Translations under genes and position numbers: made by a program
Shown here: positions 1 through 9,765 of the stretch, piece by piece
How positions within the stretch are numbered: position 1 is the stretch's first letter
Layout: each line of letters starts with the position of its first letter
The notes under the pieces: generated by a model
Told to the model about the DNA's origin: nothing
Databases searched by the model: none
Seen by the model: the letters and a program-made list of their open reading frames with translations, nothing else
Source: an uncultured Chloroflexia bacterium
GTDB lineage: Bacteria > Chloroflexota > Limnocylindria > Limnocylindrales > CSP1-4
Direction of reading: 5' to 3'
Length of the DNA: 64,000 nt
Assembly: GCA_963734535.1 (NCBI GenBank)
Contig: CAVTHS010000006.1
Location: 1-64,000 of the forward strand

Positions 1-115
1 ACGCCGCAGTCGGCTGTGACGTCTCGATGCGTGGTCGCTTGGCGTTGATCACGAGAGCCGCGACGATGGCGGCCGTTCCGACGAAGACGGCAATGAAGAC
101 GGACTTGAACGACAT
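1..115 (-). CDS. N-terminus (partial, runs off window) of a membrane-anchored protein, probably a multiheme c-type cytochrome
   Basis: Read by hand: ATG at 115 gives MSFKSVFIAVFVGTAAIVAALVINAKRPRIETSQPTAA, with GGAGG upstream and a hydrophobic N-terminal anchor. It resembles N-termini of Myxococcota multiheme cytochromes. Heme motifs would lie outside the window. Confidence 0.5.
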   Translation of the reverse strand, partial: MSFKSVFIAVFVGTAAIVAALVINAKRPRIETSQPTAA

Positions 116-178
116 GACGCGCCGGGGATCCTCCACCCAAACGCTCGTTCGGTGGGAGTAATTCGGCGGACAAACACG

Positions 179-676
179 TCAGGCGGTGGGGACCGCTCCG
201 GGGCTCGAGCCAACTCTTGCCAGTACGTCGGCGACCCGAGCCTCGATTTGCGGTCCGTCTCGATGCGGCGAGACCGCCAGCGATTGGAGGCGGCTCATTC
301 GTTCCAGGACGGCACCCGCACCGGCGCCGACCGTCGCATCGGCCTGTTCGTACAGTCCACCTGGCTCCTCTTCGAGGCGGTTGTGCTCCACGAGGATGGC
401 GCGAATCCCCCTGATCAGCTCCGCACGCGGAGTCGGTATCAAGAGCGTGGCGAGCGCCGAATGATCGTGCCGCAGGCGCCCGATGAGCTCCGATGTTCTT
501 TCGACTTGCCGCAGCGGCGGCATCACGAGCTTTTCTTCCCAGGCGATGTGGCGCAAGAGCCCCGCGCGAAAGCTCGCGAATGCCTCGAGGTGGATGCTGC
601 CGTCGGGGCGAAGGGCACGTTCGAGCAGGGCGTCGAGACGCCGGTGGTCCTCGGACAGTCGCTCGGAAAGCAGCAT
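179..676 (-). CDS. Hemerythrin (HHE cation-binding) domain protein
   Basis: From MLLSERLSEDHRRLDALL: DH..., HIAWEE, HDH and HNRLEE motifs typical of hemerythrin-like domains. Confidence 0.75.
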   Translation of the reverse strand: MLLSERLSEDHRRLDALLERALRPDGSIHLEAFASFRAGLLRHIAWEEKLVMPPLRQVERTSELIGRLRHDHSALATLLIPTPRAELIRGIRAILVEHNRLEEEPGGLYEQADATVGAGAGAVLERMSRLQSLAVSPHRDGPQIEARVADVLARVGSSPGAVPTA

Positions 677-722
677 CTCGGGCCTTCCGAAGCTAGCGCA
701 CCTGGGAACCGCCGTCTCGAGA

Positions 723-738
723 TGGCACGGCGAATGCT
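723..738 (+). promoter_or_regulatory. sigma54 (-24/-12) promoter
   Basis: TGGCACG-GCGA-ATGCT matches TGGCACG-N4-TTGC(A/T), about 70 nt upstream of the cytochrome c' gene. Confidence 0.65.
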
Positions 739-806
739 TCGCGTGGACGTCATGCTCCACGTTCGAACAAACCCCACCGCAGCCCGACGACGTCCACTTC
801 TCGGGC

Positions 807-1237
807 ATGTTCGCAGCACTCGTCGTCGCAGCGGCGGTGTTCGGAGCCTGCCACGAGACGCAGCACGACCACGGCGCCGCGGCTTCGGCCGTGCCCGCAG
901 GGCTGAACCCCGTGCAGAACGAGATGCGTCTGTTGCTCGATGCCATGCGCGACACGGTCACGGGCATCGCCAACGGGAAGGTCACGACGGTCCCGGAGAG
1001 CCTGCGCAAAGTGCACGCGGCCAAGGAAGCGACCGCCGCCGCGCTGAAGGCCGGCAGCTACAAGCCGCCGAAAATCCGGACCAGATCGCGCGCTTCGTCG
1101 AGCTCGACAAGGCCTTTCACGGCGATCTCGAGAAACTGGTCGAAGCGGCATCCAAGAACGACGTCCCGGGCACCGGTCGTGCGCTCGGACAAGCGTTGTC
1201 CAGTTGCCAGGGGTGTCACGAGCAATTCCGGCTCTGA
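807..1237 (+). CDS. Cytochrome c'-like (class II) lipoprotein cytochrome, one frameshift near 1071
   Basis: Signal/lipobox MFAALVVAAAVFGAC in one frame continues, after an A-run at ~1071, into NPDQIARF...CQGCHEQFRL. A single C-terminal CxxCH in a helical protein is the cytochrome c' pattern. Confidence 0.7.
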
Positions 1238-1246
1238 GCGCGCGCG

Positions 1247-1633
1247 ATGAGCCTCCTCCTGCTAATCCGTAGTCTCTTCTCCCGCTCACGCGAGCCCGTC
1301 GACTTCGGGACGCCGACCGAAGCCGTGGTTCCCGGTACGCCCGAAGCACGGGTTCTCGAGGTGCTCACGACCGTGCTCGACCCCGAGCTCGGGATCGGCA
1401 TCGTCGATCTTGGGCTCATCTACGGCATTCGCGTCGCTGAGCACGCCATTGAAGTCACGATGACCATGACCACTCCGGCCTGTCCCATGGGCGGGCTGAT
1501 CAAGAGTCGCGCTCGCGAGGCCATCCGGCGCGCGCGACCCGACTCCGAGCTCCGTATCCGGCTCGTGTGGAATCCGCCCTGGACTGCGAGCCGCATTTCC
1601 TCCCAAGGCCGAGCACAGCTCGGCTTCGATTGA
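1247..1633 (+). CDS. Metal-sulfur cluster assembly factor (DUF59/SufT/PaaD-like)
   Basis: VLDPELGIGIVDLGLIY, MTMTTPACPM and LVWNPPWT motifs. Confidence 0.9.
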   Translation: MSLLLLIRSLFSRSREPVDFGTPTEAVVPGTPEARVLEVLTTVLDPELGIGIVDLGLIYGIRVAEHAIEVTMTMTTPACPMGGLIKSRAREAIRRARPDSELRIRLVWNPPWTASRISSQGRAQLGFD

Positions 1634-1656
1634 GCCGAGCCGGAGCAGCTGTCGGC

Positions 1657-2677
1657 CTACTCGTCTGCCACGAGCCCCAACGTGCTGAGCTTGCGCCAGA
1701 GCGTCGTGCGCGCGATGCCGAGGACGCGCGCCGCGTCGATTTGCGGGCCTTCGCAGGCGTCGAGCACGCGCGCGACGTGCTCGCGCTCGACGTCGGCGAG
1801 CGTGCATCGATCGTCGAATGGGCGCGCAGCTGGCGACGGGCTCACCACATCCTCGGGAGATCCTCGGCAATCGACGTCGGCACCCCGGCGAGCACGGCGC
1901 CGTGCTTCACCGCCTTTGCGAGCTCGCGCACGTTGCCGGGCCACGGGTGGGTTTCGAGGCCGCTCCTCGCGCGACGGTCGAGCTCCCGTGGTGACCTCCT
2001 TGTCCGGAAATGTCCGTGCGAGCGGCAGGACGTCCTCTCTCCGCTCTCGGAGCGGCGGAACGTCAGCGTGAGGACTTCTCAGTCGGTAGTAGAGGTCCTC
2101 GCGGAAGCGCCGCACGGCGATGCCGGCGCGCAAATCCTCGTGCGTCGCACACACGATTCGGACATCCACCAAGAACGCGTGGGTCTCACCCACGCGACGG
2201 ATCTCGCCGTCTTGCAGCGCACGCAGCAGCTTCGCCTGGAGCGCGAGCGGCATCTCGGCGATCTCGTCGAGCAGGAGCGTGCCGCCGTCGGCCGACTCGA
2301 GCATGCCGCGCTTCGGCGCTCCCGCGCCCGTGAACGCACCCTTCGCGTGACCGAACAACTCCGACTCGAGGAACTCGGCGGGCAGCGCCGCGACGTTCAT
2401 CGCCACGAACGGCTTGCTCGCCCGCGGGCTGTTGGCGTGCAGGGTCCGGGCGACGATCTCCTTGCCGGTGCCGGTCTCACCAGAAGATGACGGGCGCGTC
2501 GCTGGCCGCGATGGGCGCGGCTCGGAGCATCAGGGCGCGCATGGGCGCGCTCTCAGCCACCAGCTTCGAGCAGCGCCGCAAGCCCGGTGCCTCGGGAGCA
2601 AGGCGGCAAACGGCGCAAAGCCTGGGCGCTCGCTCGAAGGGAGCTTGGCAGGGCGGTGAGAGCGGCACTCGTTTCAT
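1657..2677 (-). CDS. sigma54-dependent enhancer-binding transcriptional activator (AAA+ and Fis HTH), several frameshifts
   Basis: GETGTGKE Walker A (after a shift at ~2481), ESELFGH, GAFTGA, LLDEI Walker [18 protein letters not shown] in an adjacent frame, and C-terminal [19 protein letters not shown]. Confidence 0.85.
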
Positions 2678-2679
2678 GC

Positions 2680-2696
2680 TGTTTCATTATGAAACA
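2680..2696. promoter_or_regulatory. Palindromic operator / putative enhancer (UAS) TGTTTCAT-T-ATGAAACA
   Basis: Perfect 8-1-8 inverted repeat, AT-rich in a GC-rich background, lying between the activator start codon and a sigma54 promoter. Confidence 0.55.
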
Positions 2697-2759
2697 TATC
2701 CCAGCTTCGGTCCACAGGCAACCACGAGGTCTCGGCCCGAACTTGCTCGCTCACGCCGT

Positions 2760-2775
2760 TGGTACGGGACCTGCT
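2760..2775 (+). promoter_or_regulatory. sigma54 (-24/-12) promoter
   Basis: TGGTACG-GGAC-CTGCT has correct GG-N10-GC spacing, is divergent from the activator gene, and is followed by GAAGGA-ATG at 2787. Confidence 0.55.
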
Positions 2776-2931
2776 TTACCGAAGGAATGCTGGACCCTCG
2801 CCACACGCAGAGCCGAGCGGTCACATGATTCGGTTCGACGAGTTCGGTGACTTCATCGACGCCGAGCCAAATGCCGGACAAGACATCGGGACCGCTCCCG
2901 ACGAGATGAGGGAGCCCGGCTCCGACGCCGA

Positions 2932-5343
2932 GCCAAGGCGGTCGTCATCATCTCGGCCGGCTTCAAGGAGGTGGGTCCGGAAGGAGCGGATCTGGAGCGT
3001 CGGATCCTGGACACGGCCCGGGCCAACGGGATGCGAATCGTCGGGCCGAACTGCCTGGGCGTCATGCGCCCGCCCACCGGCCTGAATGCCACCTTCGCGG
3101 CCGGGATCTCGGCCCCGGGGACGGTCGGGTTCGTCAGCCAGAGCGGCGCGCTCCTCACGGCGGTCCTCGACTGGAGCAAGCGGGAGAAGGTCGGCTTCAG
3201 CGCCGTCGTCTCGCTCGGCTCGATGCTCGACGTTGGCTGGGGCGACATCATCACCTACTTCGGGAACGATCCCGCGACGCAGAGCATCGTGGTCTACATG
3301 GAGACCATCGGGGACGCGCGGGCCTTCCTGTCCGCCGCCCGCGAGGTGGCGCTCACCAAGCCGATCATCGTCATCAAGCCGGGTCGAACCGCCGAGGCGG
3401 CCAAGGCCGCGGCCTCCCACACGGGCTCGCTCACCGGCTCCGACGAGGTCCTCGCCGCCGCCTTCCGGCGCGTGGGCGTGCTCCGGGTCGACGCCATCGC
3501 GGACCTGTTCAACGCCGCCGAGGTTCTTGCCAAGCAGCCGCGCCCGAAGGGCCGCCGCCTGACGATCCTCACCAACGCGGGCGGCCCGGGCGTCCTCGCG
3601 ACCGATGCCCTGATCACCGGCGGCGGCGCGCTCAGCGAGATCTCGCCGGCGACGATGGAGGAGCTCAACGGCTTCCTTCCCGGGCCGTGGAGTCACAACA
3701 ACCCGATCGACATCATCGGCGACGCGGCGCCGGAGCGCTACGCGAAGGCCCTCGAGATCGCGGCCCGCGATCCGGGCAGCGACGGGCTCCTCGTGATCCT
3801 GACGCCCCAGGCGATGACGGATCCCACGGCCACGGCCCGCGAGCTGACCCGGTTCTCGAAGATCGAGGGCAAGCCGGTCCTCGCAAGCTGGATGGGCGGC
3901 TCGGACGTCGAGGAGGGTGCCGCGATCCTCCGCGAGGCGGGGATCCCGACGTTCTCGTATCCCGACGAGGCCGTCAAGATCTTCAACGATACGTGGCGCT
4001 TCGCCAGCCACCTGCGCCAGATCTACGAGACGCCCACGCTCCCGTCGGATGACGAGCACCCGGTGGACCGGGCGCGGGCACGGGCGCTGATCGACGCGGT
4101 CCGGGCCGAGGGCCGGACGCTCCTGACGGAGGACGAGTCGAAGGACCTCCTCGCCGCTTACGGCATCCCGATCACGGAGACGGTCGTCGCGCCGACGCCG
4201 GACGAGGCGGTGGCCGCCGCAGACCGGATCGGCTACCCGATCGTCGTCAAGCTCTACTCGCACACCATCAGCCACAAGACCGACGTCGGCGGCGTCCAGC
4301 TGAACCTCAAGGACGCGGCGGCGGTTCGCCAGGCGTACGAGTCGATCCGGGCGTCGGTGACCGAGAAGAAGGGCGCCGAGCACTTCGAGGGCGTCACCGT
4401 CCAGCCGATGGTCAACTGGACCGGCTACGAGCTGATCCTCGGCTCATCGATCGACCCGCAGTTCGGGCCTGTGCTCCTGTTCGGCATGGGAGGCCAGCTC
4501 GTCGAGCTCTTCAAGGATCGCGCCCTCGGCCTGCCGCCGCTCAACACGACGCTGGCCCGGCGGATGATGGAGCAGACGAAGATCTACACGGCCCTCGGGG
4601 GCATCCGCGGCCGGCGCGGCGTGGACCTCGACGCGCTGGCGCAGCTGCTGGTTCGGTTCAGCCAGCTCGTCGTCGAGCAGCGCTGGATCAGCGAGCTGGA
4701 CATCAACCCGCTCCTGGCCTCGCCCGAACGCCTCATCGCCCTCGATGCCCGGGTCGTCCTCCACGATCTCTCGATGACAGAGGACCAGCTGCCGCGCCTC
4801 GCGATCCGGCCATACCCGCGCAAGTACGCCGGGACGTGCACGTGCAGCAACGGCGAGATCCTGCGGGTCCGCCCCATCCGTCCGGAGGACGAGCCGCTGG
4901 TGGTGGCGTTTCACCGGACGCTCTCGGAGGAGACCGTCTTCCAGCGCTACCTGGCCCACCTGGGCCTCGACGAGCGAACCGCGCACGAACGGCTCATCCG
5001 GATCTGCTTCGTCGACTACCACCGCGAGATGGCGCTCGTGGCCGAGCGGGACGACCCTGTCACCGGCCAGCCGGCGATCGTGGGGATCGGCCGCCTCAGC
5101 CGCATCTTCGGGACCGACGACGCCGAGTTCGCGGTGCTCGTGACCGACGCCTGGCAGGGGCGGGGAATCGGGACGGAGCTGCTCCGCCGGCTCGTCGAGA
5201 TCGCGCGGGCCGAAGGCGTCGCGGTGCTCGGCGCCCAGATGCGCGCCGAGAACATGGGGATGCGGAAGGCCAGCGAGCGGCTCGGCTTCACCATCACTCC
5301 CGGATCCACCGACGTCGTGGTCCGGGCGGAGATGCAGCTCTAG
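2932..5343 (+). CDS. Bifunctional acetate-CoA ligase-like / GNAT protein lysine acetyltransferase (Pat/PatZ family), 5'-truncated
   Basis: Begins mid-domain at [13 protein letters not shown]. Contains GPNCLG, SQSGAL, ASHTGSL, NAGGPG, an ATP-grasp ([15 protein letters not shown]) and a C-terminal GNAT ([11 protein letters not shown]). No homologous N-terminus upstream. Confidence 0.9.
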   Translation, partial: AKAVVIISAGFKEVGPEGADLERRILDTARANGMRIVGPNCLGVMRPPTGLNATFAAGISAPGTVGFVSQSGALLTAVLDWSKREKVGFSAVVSLGSMLDVGWGDIITYFGNDPATQSIVVYMETIGDARAFLSAAREVALTKPIIVIKPGRTAEAAKAAASHTGSLTGSDEVLAAAFRRVGVLRVDAIADLFNAAEVLAKQPRPKGRRLTILTNAGGPGVLATDALITGGGALSEISPATMEELNGFLPGPWSHNNPIDIIGDAAPERYAKALEIAARDPGSDGLLVILTPQAMTDPTATARELTRFSKIEGKPVLASWMGGSDVEEGAAILREAGIPTFSYPDEAVKIFNDTWRFASHLRQIYETPTLPSDDEHPVDRARARALIDAVRAEGRTLLTEDESKDLLAAYGIPITETVVAPTPDEAVAAADRIGYPIVVKLYSHTISHKTDVGGVQLNLKDAAAVRQAYESIRASVTEKKGAEHFEGVTVQPMVNWTGYELILGSSIDPQFGPVLLFGMGGQLVELFKDRALGLPPLNTTLARRMMEQTKIYTALGGIRGRRGVDLDALAQLLVRFSQLVVEQRWISELDINPLLASPERLIALDARVVLHDLSMTEDQLPRLAIRPYPRKYAGTCTCSNGEILRVRPIRPEDEPLVVAFHRTLSEETVFQRYLAHLGLDERTAHERLIRICFVDYHREMALVAERDDPVTGQPAIVGIGRLSRIFGTDDAEFAVLVTDAWQGRGIGTELLRRLVEIARAEGVAVLGAQMRAENMGMRKASERLGFTITPGSTDVVVRAEMQL

Positions 5344-5414
5344 TCGGCGCGCCGGCTGCGGCCCGGAATCGCCGACGACTGCTGTGAGGTGGCTGAGCGA
5401 AGGGAATCGATCCG

Positions 5415-5900
5415 ATGCCGATCACGCATGACCAGGCGCGAGTGACGCTCGCGCGCTGGCAACCGATCCTGCGCCTTGCGGACTGGGACATCGACCTTCG
5501 CATGGTCACGGGGGAATGGCGCAAGTCGGGCGACATCAAGGTTGACCTCGACGACCGCAAGGCGGTCCTGCTCCTTCACGCCGAGCACGAACGGGACCTC
5601 GAGGAGACGGTCGTCCATGAGCTGATCCACGTGCGCCTCTATGCCCTCGATCAGATGCTCAGCCAGCTGCTCGACGCGGTCTTCGGGACCGACCCGGCCG
5701 AGCCCCGGCGAGCGTTCGCCGAGACCCAGTTCATGCGCCTGCTCGAGTCGACGACCGAGGACATCGCCAAGGCACTCCTCGCCGCCAGCGGAAGCCCGGA
5801 CCGGCTGTCATTCGGGCGTCTCGAGGCGGAGGTGGCGCGGGAGGTCGCGCCCGGGGCGACCACGAGCCAGGGGCTATCTGCCGGCGGCAAGGAGGCGTAG
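5415..5900 (+). CDS. Hypothetical protein with HEXXH zincin-like motif
   Basis: AAGGGA RBS, typical codon usage, ETVVHELIH motif. Confidence 0.6.
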   Translation: MPITHDQARVTLARWQPILRLADWDIDLRMVTGEWRKSGDIKVDLDDRKAVLLLHAEHERDLEETVVHELIHVRLYALDQMLSQLLDAVFGTDPAEPRRAFAETQFMRLLESTTEDIAKALLAASGSPDRLSFGRLEAEVAREVAPGATTSQGLSAGGKEA

Positions 5901-5928
5901 CTCGCGGCCCGGGAACGCCGCCCGTCCG

Positions 5929-8475
5929 TCAGCCCCGGACGACGATGTTCACGAGGCGGCCGCCGCCTGCGTGGATGACGCGGTCCGGTGTCTTCCCGGC
6001 GAGCGCGGCCACGACCTTCGGACGGGCCAGGACGAGTGCCTCGACCTGCGCCTCCGAGAGGCCGACCGCGATCTCCACCCGGTCGCGGACCTTGCCGTTC
6101 ACCTGGACGGGCAGCTCCCGCGTCGCCACGGCCGCCGCGGCGGCGTCGACAGTCGGCCAGCGCTCCGTGTGGATCGATCGCCAGGCCTCGCCGCGGGCGG
6201 CCAGCCGCCGCGACCAGAGCTCCTCCGTCACGTGCGGCGCGGCCGGGGCCAGCATGAGGAGAAGCAGCGCGATGGCCTCGTCCCAGGCAGGGCCACCCGC
6301 GACCTCGGTCCCGCGGTAGCGGAAGAGCAGGTTCGAGAGCTCCATGAGCCGGGCGACCATCGTGTTGAAGTGGAACGCCTCGTAGTCGGCCGTGACCGTG
6401 GCGAGCGTCCGATGCGCGGCCCCGCGTATCGCGCGCTCGGCCGTTGTCGCGTCCTCGCCGGCGGGCAGTGAGCCGGAGCCCGGGTCCCCGGGCTCGGTGC
6501 CGTGCGGGTCGAGCGCGAGCGTCCACGCCCGCCCGATGAATCGAGCGACCCCGCCGATCCCCGTCGGGCTCCAGGGTCCGCCCTGGTCCCATGGACCCAT
6601 GAACATGAGGAAGAGCCGGACCGTGTCGGCTCCGTACTGGGAGACGAGCTCATCGGGGTCCTGGACGTTGCCGCGCGACTTGCTCATGCGCTCGCCGTCG
6701 GCGCCCAGCACCTGGCCCTGGTTGAAGAGGCGCAGGAATGGCTCGCGCCCGCTGACCAGGCCACAGTCGGCCATGGCCTTGGTGAAGAAGCGGCTGTAGA
6801 GCAGGTGCATCACGGCGTGCTCGGCGCCGCCGGTGTACTGGTCGACCGGCGTCCAGCGGTCGACCAGCGCACGGTCGACGGGACCCTCCTCGAATCCCGG
6901 CGAGAGGTAGCGGAACCAGTACCACGACGAGTCCATGAAGGTGTCCATGGTGTCCGTCTCGCGCGTGGCCGGTCCGCCGCAGCGAGGGCACGTCGTGTCC
7001 AGGAACGCGAGATCGCGGCGGAGCGGGTTCTCGCCGCTGCCCTGGTAGTCGACGGTCTCCGGGAGCCGGACCGGGAGCTGATCGTCGGGGACGGGCACGA
7101 TGCCGTCGGCATCGCAGTACACGACCGGGATCGGCGTGCCCCAGTAGCGCTGGCGGCTGACGAGCCAGTCCCGGATCCGGTAGGTGACGGCGAAGTCCGC
7201 CTTCCCCTCCGAGCGCAGCCACTCGACGATCGCGCGGAAGGCCGCCGGCGCTGGCTGGCCGTCGAATCGCCCCGAGTTCACCAACATGTCGCTCTCGGAC
7301 TTGGAGACGTACGCCGCCGCCAGCCCGTCCTCCGGGGCCCGCGCGCCGGCCGCCCGGATGACCTCGACGATCGGCAGCCCGAACGCGGTGGCGAACGCGA
7401 AGTCACGCTCGTCGTGGGCGGGGACCGCCATGATCGCGCCCGTGCCGTAGCCGGCCAGCACGTAGTCCGCGATCCAGATCGGGATGCGAGCGCCATTGAC
7501 CGGGTTGATCGCGTCCGCGCCCAACGGGACGCCCGTCTTCTCGCGGTCGGTCGACAGGCGCTCGATCTCGGTCGCCGTGCGCGCGGTCGCCACGTAGGCC
7601 TCGACGTCAGCGCGCCGGCCGGGCGCGGTCAGCTTCGCGACCAGCGGGTGCTCGGGCGCGAGAACCATGAACGTCGCGCCGAAGAGCGTGTCGGGTCGCG
7701 TCGTGAACACCCGCAGCTCGTCGCCGCCCGGCTGGTGGTCGTCGGGAGCGGTCGCGAAGACGATCTCGGCACCCTCGGACCGGCCGATCCAGTTCGTCTG
7801 CATGATCCGGATCGGCTCGGGCCAGTCGATGCCGGTGAAGTCCAGCAGCTCGTCGGCGTACTTCGTGATGCGCAGGTACCACTGGGCCAGGTCGCGCTTC
7901 TCGACCTTCGCGCCGCAGCGCCAGCAATGTCGGTCCGCGCCCTCCACCTGCTCGCGGGCCAGCGTCCCGTCGTTCGGGCACCAGTCCACGGGCGAGGTCT
8001 GCCGGTACGCGAGCCCGGCCTCGAGGAAGCGCAGGAAGAGCCACTGGTTCCAGCGGTAGTAGGACGGGTCGCAGGTGACGACCTCGGCGTCCCAGTCGAA
8101 TGCGGCGCCCATGGTCCGCAGCTGGCGGCGCATGGTCTCGATGTTCCGATAGGTCCACGCCGCGGGGTGGATCCCGTTCTTGATCGCGGCGTTCTCCGCG
8201 GGCAGCCCGAAGGCATCGAAGCCCACCGGGAAGAAGACGTTCTCGCCGTGCATCCGGTGGTAGCGGGCCAGCGCGTCGGTCGGCGTCTTCACGTACCAGT
8301 GGCCGACGTGCAGGTCGCCCGACGGGTAGTCGTACATCGTGAGCAGGTAGTACTTCGGCCGCGTCGCATCGAGGAGGTCGGTCCGGAAGAGGTCGAGCTC
8401 GGCCCAGCGCGCCTGCCAGCGCGGCTCCACCGAGGTTGGGTCATAGCGTTCGATCCGGGTCCGTTCGGTCGTCAC
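5929..8475 (-). CDS. leuS: Leucine--tRNA ligase
   Basis: [10 protein letters not shown] (HIGH), [51 protein letters not shown] (KMSKS), QVNGKVR. Confidence 0.98.
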   Translation of the reverse strand: MTTERTRIERYDPTSVEPRWQARWAELDLFRTDLLDATRPKYYLLTMYDYPSGDLHVGHWYVKTPTDALARYHRMHGENVFFPVGFDAFGLPAENAAIKNGIHPAAWTYRNIETMRRQLRTMGAAFDWDAEVVTCDPSYYRWNQWLFLRFLEAGLAYRQTSPVDWCPNDGTLAREQVEGADRHCWRCGAKVEKRDLAQWYLRITKYADELLDFTGIDWPEPIRIMQTNWIGRSEGAEIVFATAPDDHQPGGDELRVFTTRPDTLFGATFMVLAPEHPLVAKLTAPGRRADVEAYVATARTATEIERLSTDREKTGVPLGADAINPVNGARIPIWIADYVLAGYGTGAIMAVPAHDERDFAFATAFGLPIVEVIRAAGARAPEDGLAAAYVSKSESDMLVNSGRFDGQPAPAAFRAIVEWLRSEGKADFAVTYRIRDWLVSRQRYWGTPIPVVYCDADGIVPVPDDQLPVRLPETVDYQGSGENPLRRDLAFLDTTCPRCGGPATRETDTMDTFMDSSWYWFRYLSPGFEEGPVDRALVDRWTPVDQYTGGAEHAVMHLLYSRFFTKAMADCGLVSGREPFLRLFNQGQVLGADGERMSKSRGNVQDPDELVSQYGADTVRLFLMFMGPWDQGGPWSPTGIGGVARFIGRAWTLALDPHGTEPGDPGSGSLPAGEDATTAERAIRGAAHRTLATVTADYEAFHFNTMVARLMELSNLLFRYRGTEVAGGPAWDEAIALLLLMLAPAAPHVTEELWSRRLAARGEAWRSIHTERWPTVDAAAAAVATRELPVQVNGKVRDRVEIAVGLSEAQVEALVLARPKVVAALAGKTPDRVIHAGGGRLVNIVVRG

Positions 8476-8496
8476 GTTCTGGGCCTCTTGGATGCG

Positions 8497-8531
8497 AAAC
8501 GACCCCCCCGCCGCACGGGCGTGGGGGTCGT
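8497..8531 (-). terminator. Intrinsic terminator-like hairpin downstream of tRNA-Ala
   Basis: ACGACCCCC...GGGGGTCGT stem followed by a short T run on the minus strand. Confidence 0.55.
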
Positions 8532-8554
8532 GTCTGCGGCACTGGTCAGGGGGC

Positions 8555-8630
8555 TGGTGGAGCTACGGGGGTTCGAACCCCGGACCTTCTGAATGCCATT
8601 CAGACGCTCTTCCAGCTGAGCTATAGCCCC
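8555..8630 (-). tRNA. tRNA-Ala (GGC)
   Basis: GGGGCTATAGCTCAGCTGGAAGAGCG-TCTGA-ATGGCAT-TCAGA-AGGTCCGGGGTTCGAACCCCCGTAGCTCCACCA: 76 nt with CCA end. A TATACT -10 lies upstream. Confidence 0.97.
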
Positions 8631-8721
8631 ATTCGTCCGGAGGCGGAGTATAGCGCAGGCGAACGTGGGCGCGCCGCCGCCGGTCACCGAGGGCCGGTTG
8701 CGCGTGTGGCACGATTCCCGG

Positions 8722-9531
8722 ATGCCGCTCCGCCCGCCCGGCCGCCGCGAGCCCGCGATCGAGACCCAGGCACGCACCCGGCTCCCGGGGGGCGAGCTCG
8801 CCTACACCCTGCGCCGGTCCGCCCGGGCCCGCCACCTCCGCGTGACGGTCGATCCCGGCCGCGGCGTCGTCGCGACGGTCCCGGGCGTTCGAACCTCCGA
8901 GGCGCGGGCACGGGCGCTCGTCGAGCCGTTCCTGGCGCAGCGCGAGGCGTGGCTGCGGGGGCATCTCGCCCGCCACGCGGCCGCCGCCGCCGAGCTCGCC
9001 GCGGCGGGACCCCTCCGCGACGGCTCCTCCCTCCGCTATCGCGGCGAGCGCCATCGGGTTCGCGTCGTCGCCGGCTCGCCGAGCAGCCGGCGCTCGCACG
9101 TGGAGCGTGTCGGCGGGGACGAGGAGGACCAGCTCGTGGTCGTGCTCGCACCGACCGAGCGACGCGCTCTCGCCGCGATCCTGGAGGCGTGGCTCCGGGT
9201 CCGCGCGCGGGACGCGCTCGACACGGCGATCGCCCGCCACGCGGCGCCACTCGGCGTGGTCCCCGCCCGCGTCACCGTGCGCGACACGCGGAGCCGATGG
9301 GGGAGCGCGTCACGCGCGGGCCGGCTCTCCTTCTCGTGGCGCCTCGTGCTCGCGCCGCCGGGCGTCCTCGAGACCGTGGCCGTGCACGAGCTGGCCCACC
9401 TCCGCGTCTTCGGCCACGGCCCGGGCTTCTGGGCGCTGGTCGCGGCCCGCGTTCCCGATCACGCGGCCCAACGGCGCTGGCTCCGGGCCCACGCCGCGGA
9501 GCTCCACGCCGCGCTCGCCGGGGCCGGCTGA
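8722..9531 (+). CDS. YgjP/DUF45 (SprT-like M48) zinc metalloprotein
   Basis: RRSARARHLRVTV N-terminal motif, SRWGS, SFSWRL, VAVHELAHL..GHGPGFW. Confidence 0.88.
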   Translation: MPLRPPGRREPAIETQARTRLPGGELAYTLRRSARARHLRVTVDPGRGVVATVPGVRTSEARARALVEPFLAQREAWLRGHLARHAAAAAELAAAGPLRDGSSLRYRGERHRVRVVAGSPSSRRSHVERVGGDEEDQLVVVLAPTERRALAAILEAWLRVRARDALDTAIARHAAPLGVVPARVTVRDTRSRWGSASRAGRLSFSWRLVLAPPGVLETVAVHELAHLRVFGHGPGFWALVAARVPDHAAQRRWLRAHAAELHAALAGAG

Positions 9532-9765
9532 CTGGGCGACGGCGCCCCGGCCGAGACTGGCACGCGATTGATGCGTGTCACGACCGTGAGTGGCCCGTCA
9601 CGCGGCCCTGCAGGGCCCACGCCACCTCCTGGACGGTGGGTCGCGAGACGCTGCGGGGGGCGGTTTCGGCCCCATCCGCTACGATCGCGGAATGGACGGA
9701 CGCGCTGTCGCCGCGCAGCGGCTCCAGCTCGCGAGCACGATCGGGTGACCCGGCCTCCCCATCAG

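Noticed and set aside
8476-8554. T-box riboswitch upstream of leuS
   Set aside because: Only about 80 nt are available and there is no T-box consensus. The hairpin is better explained as the tRNA terminator.
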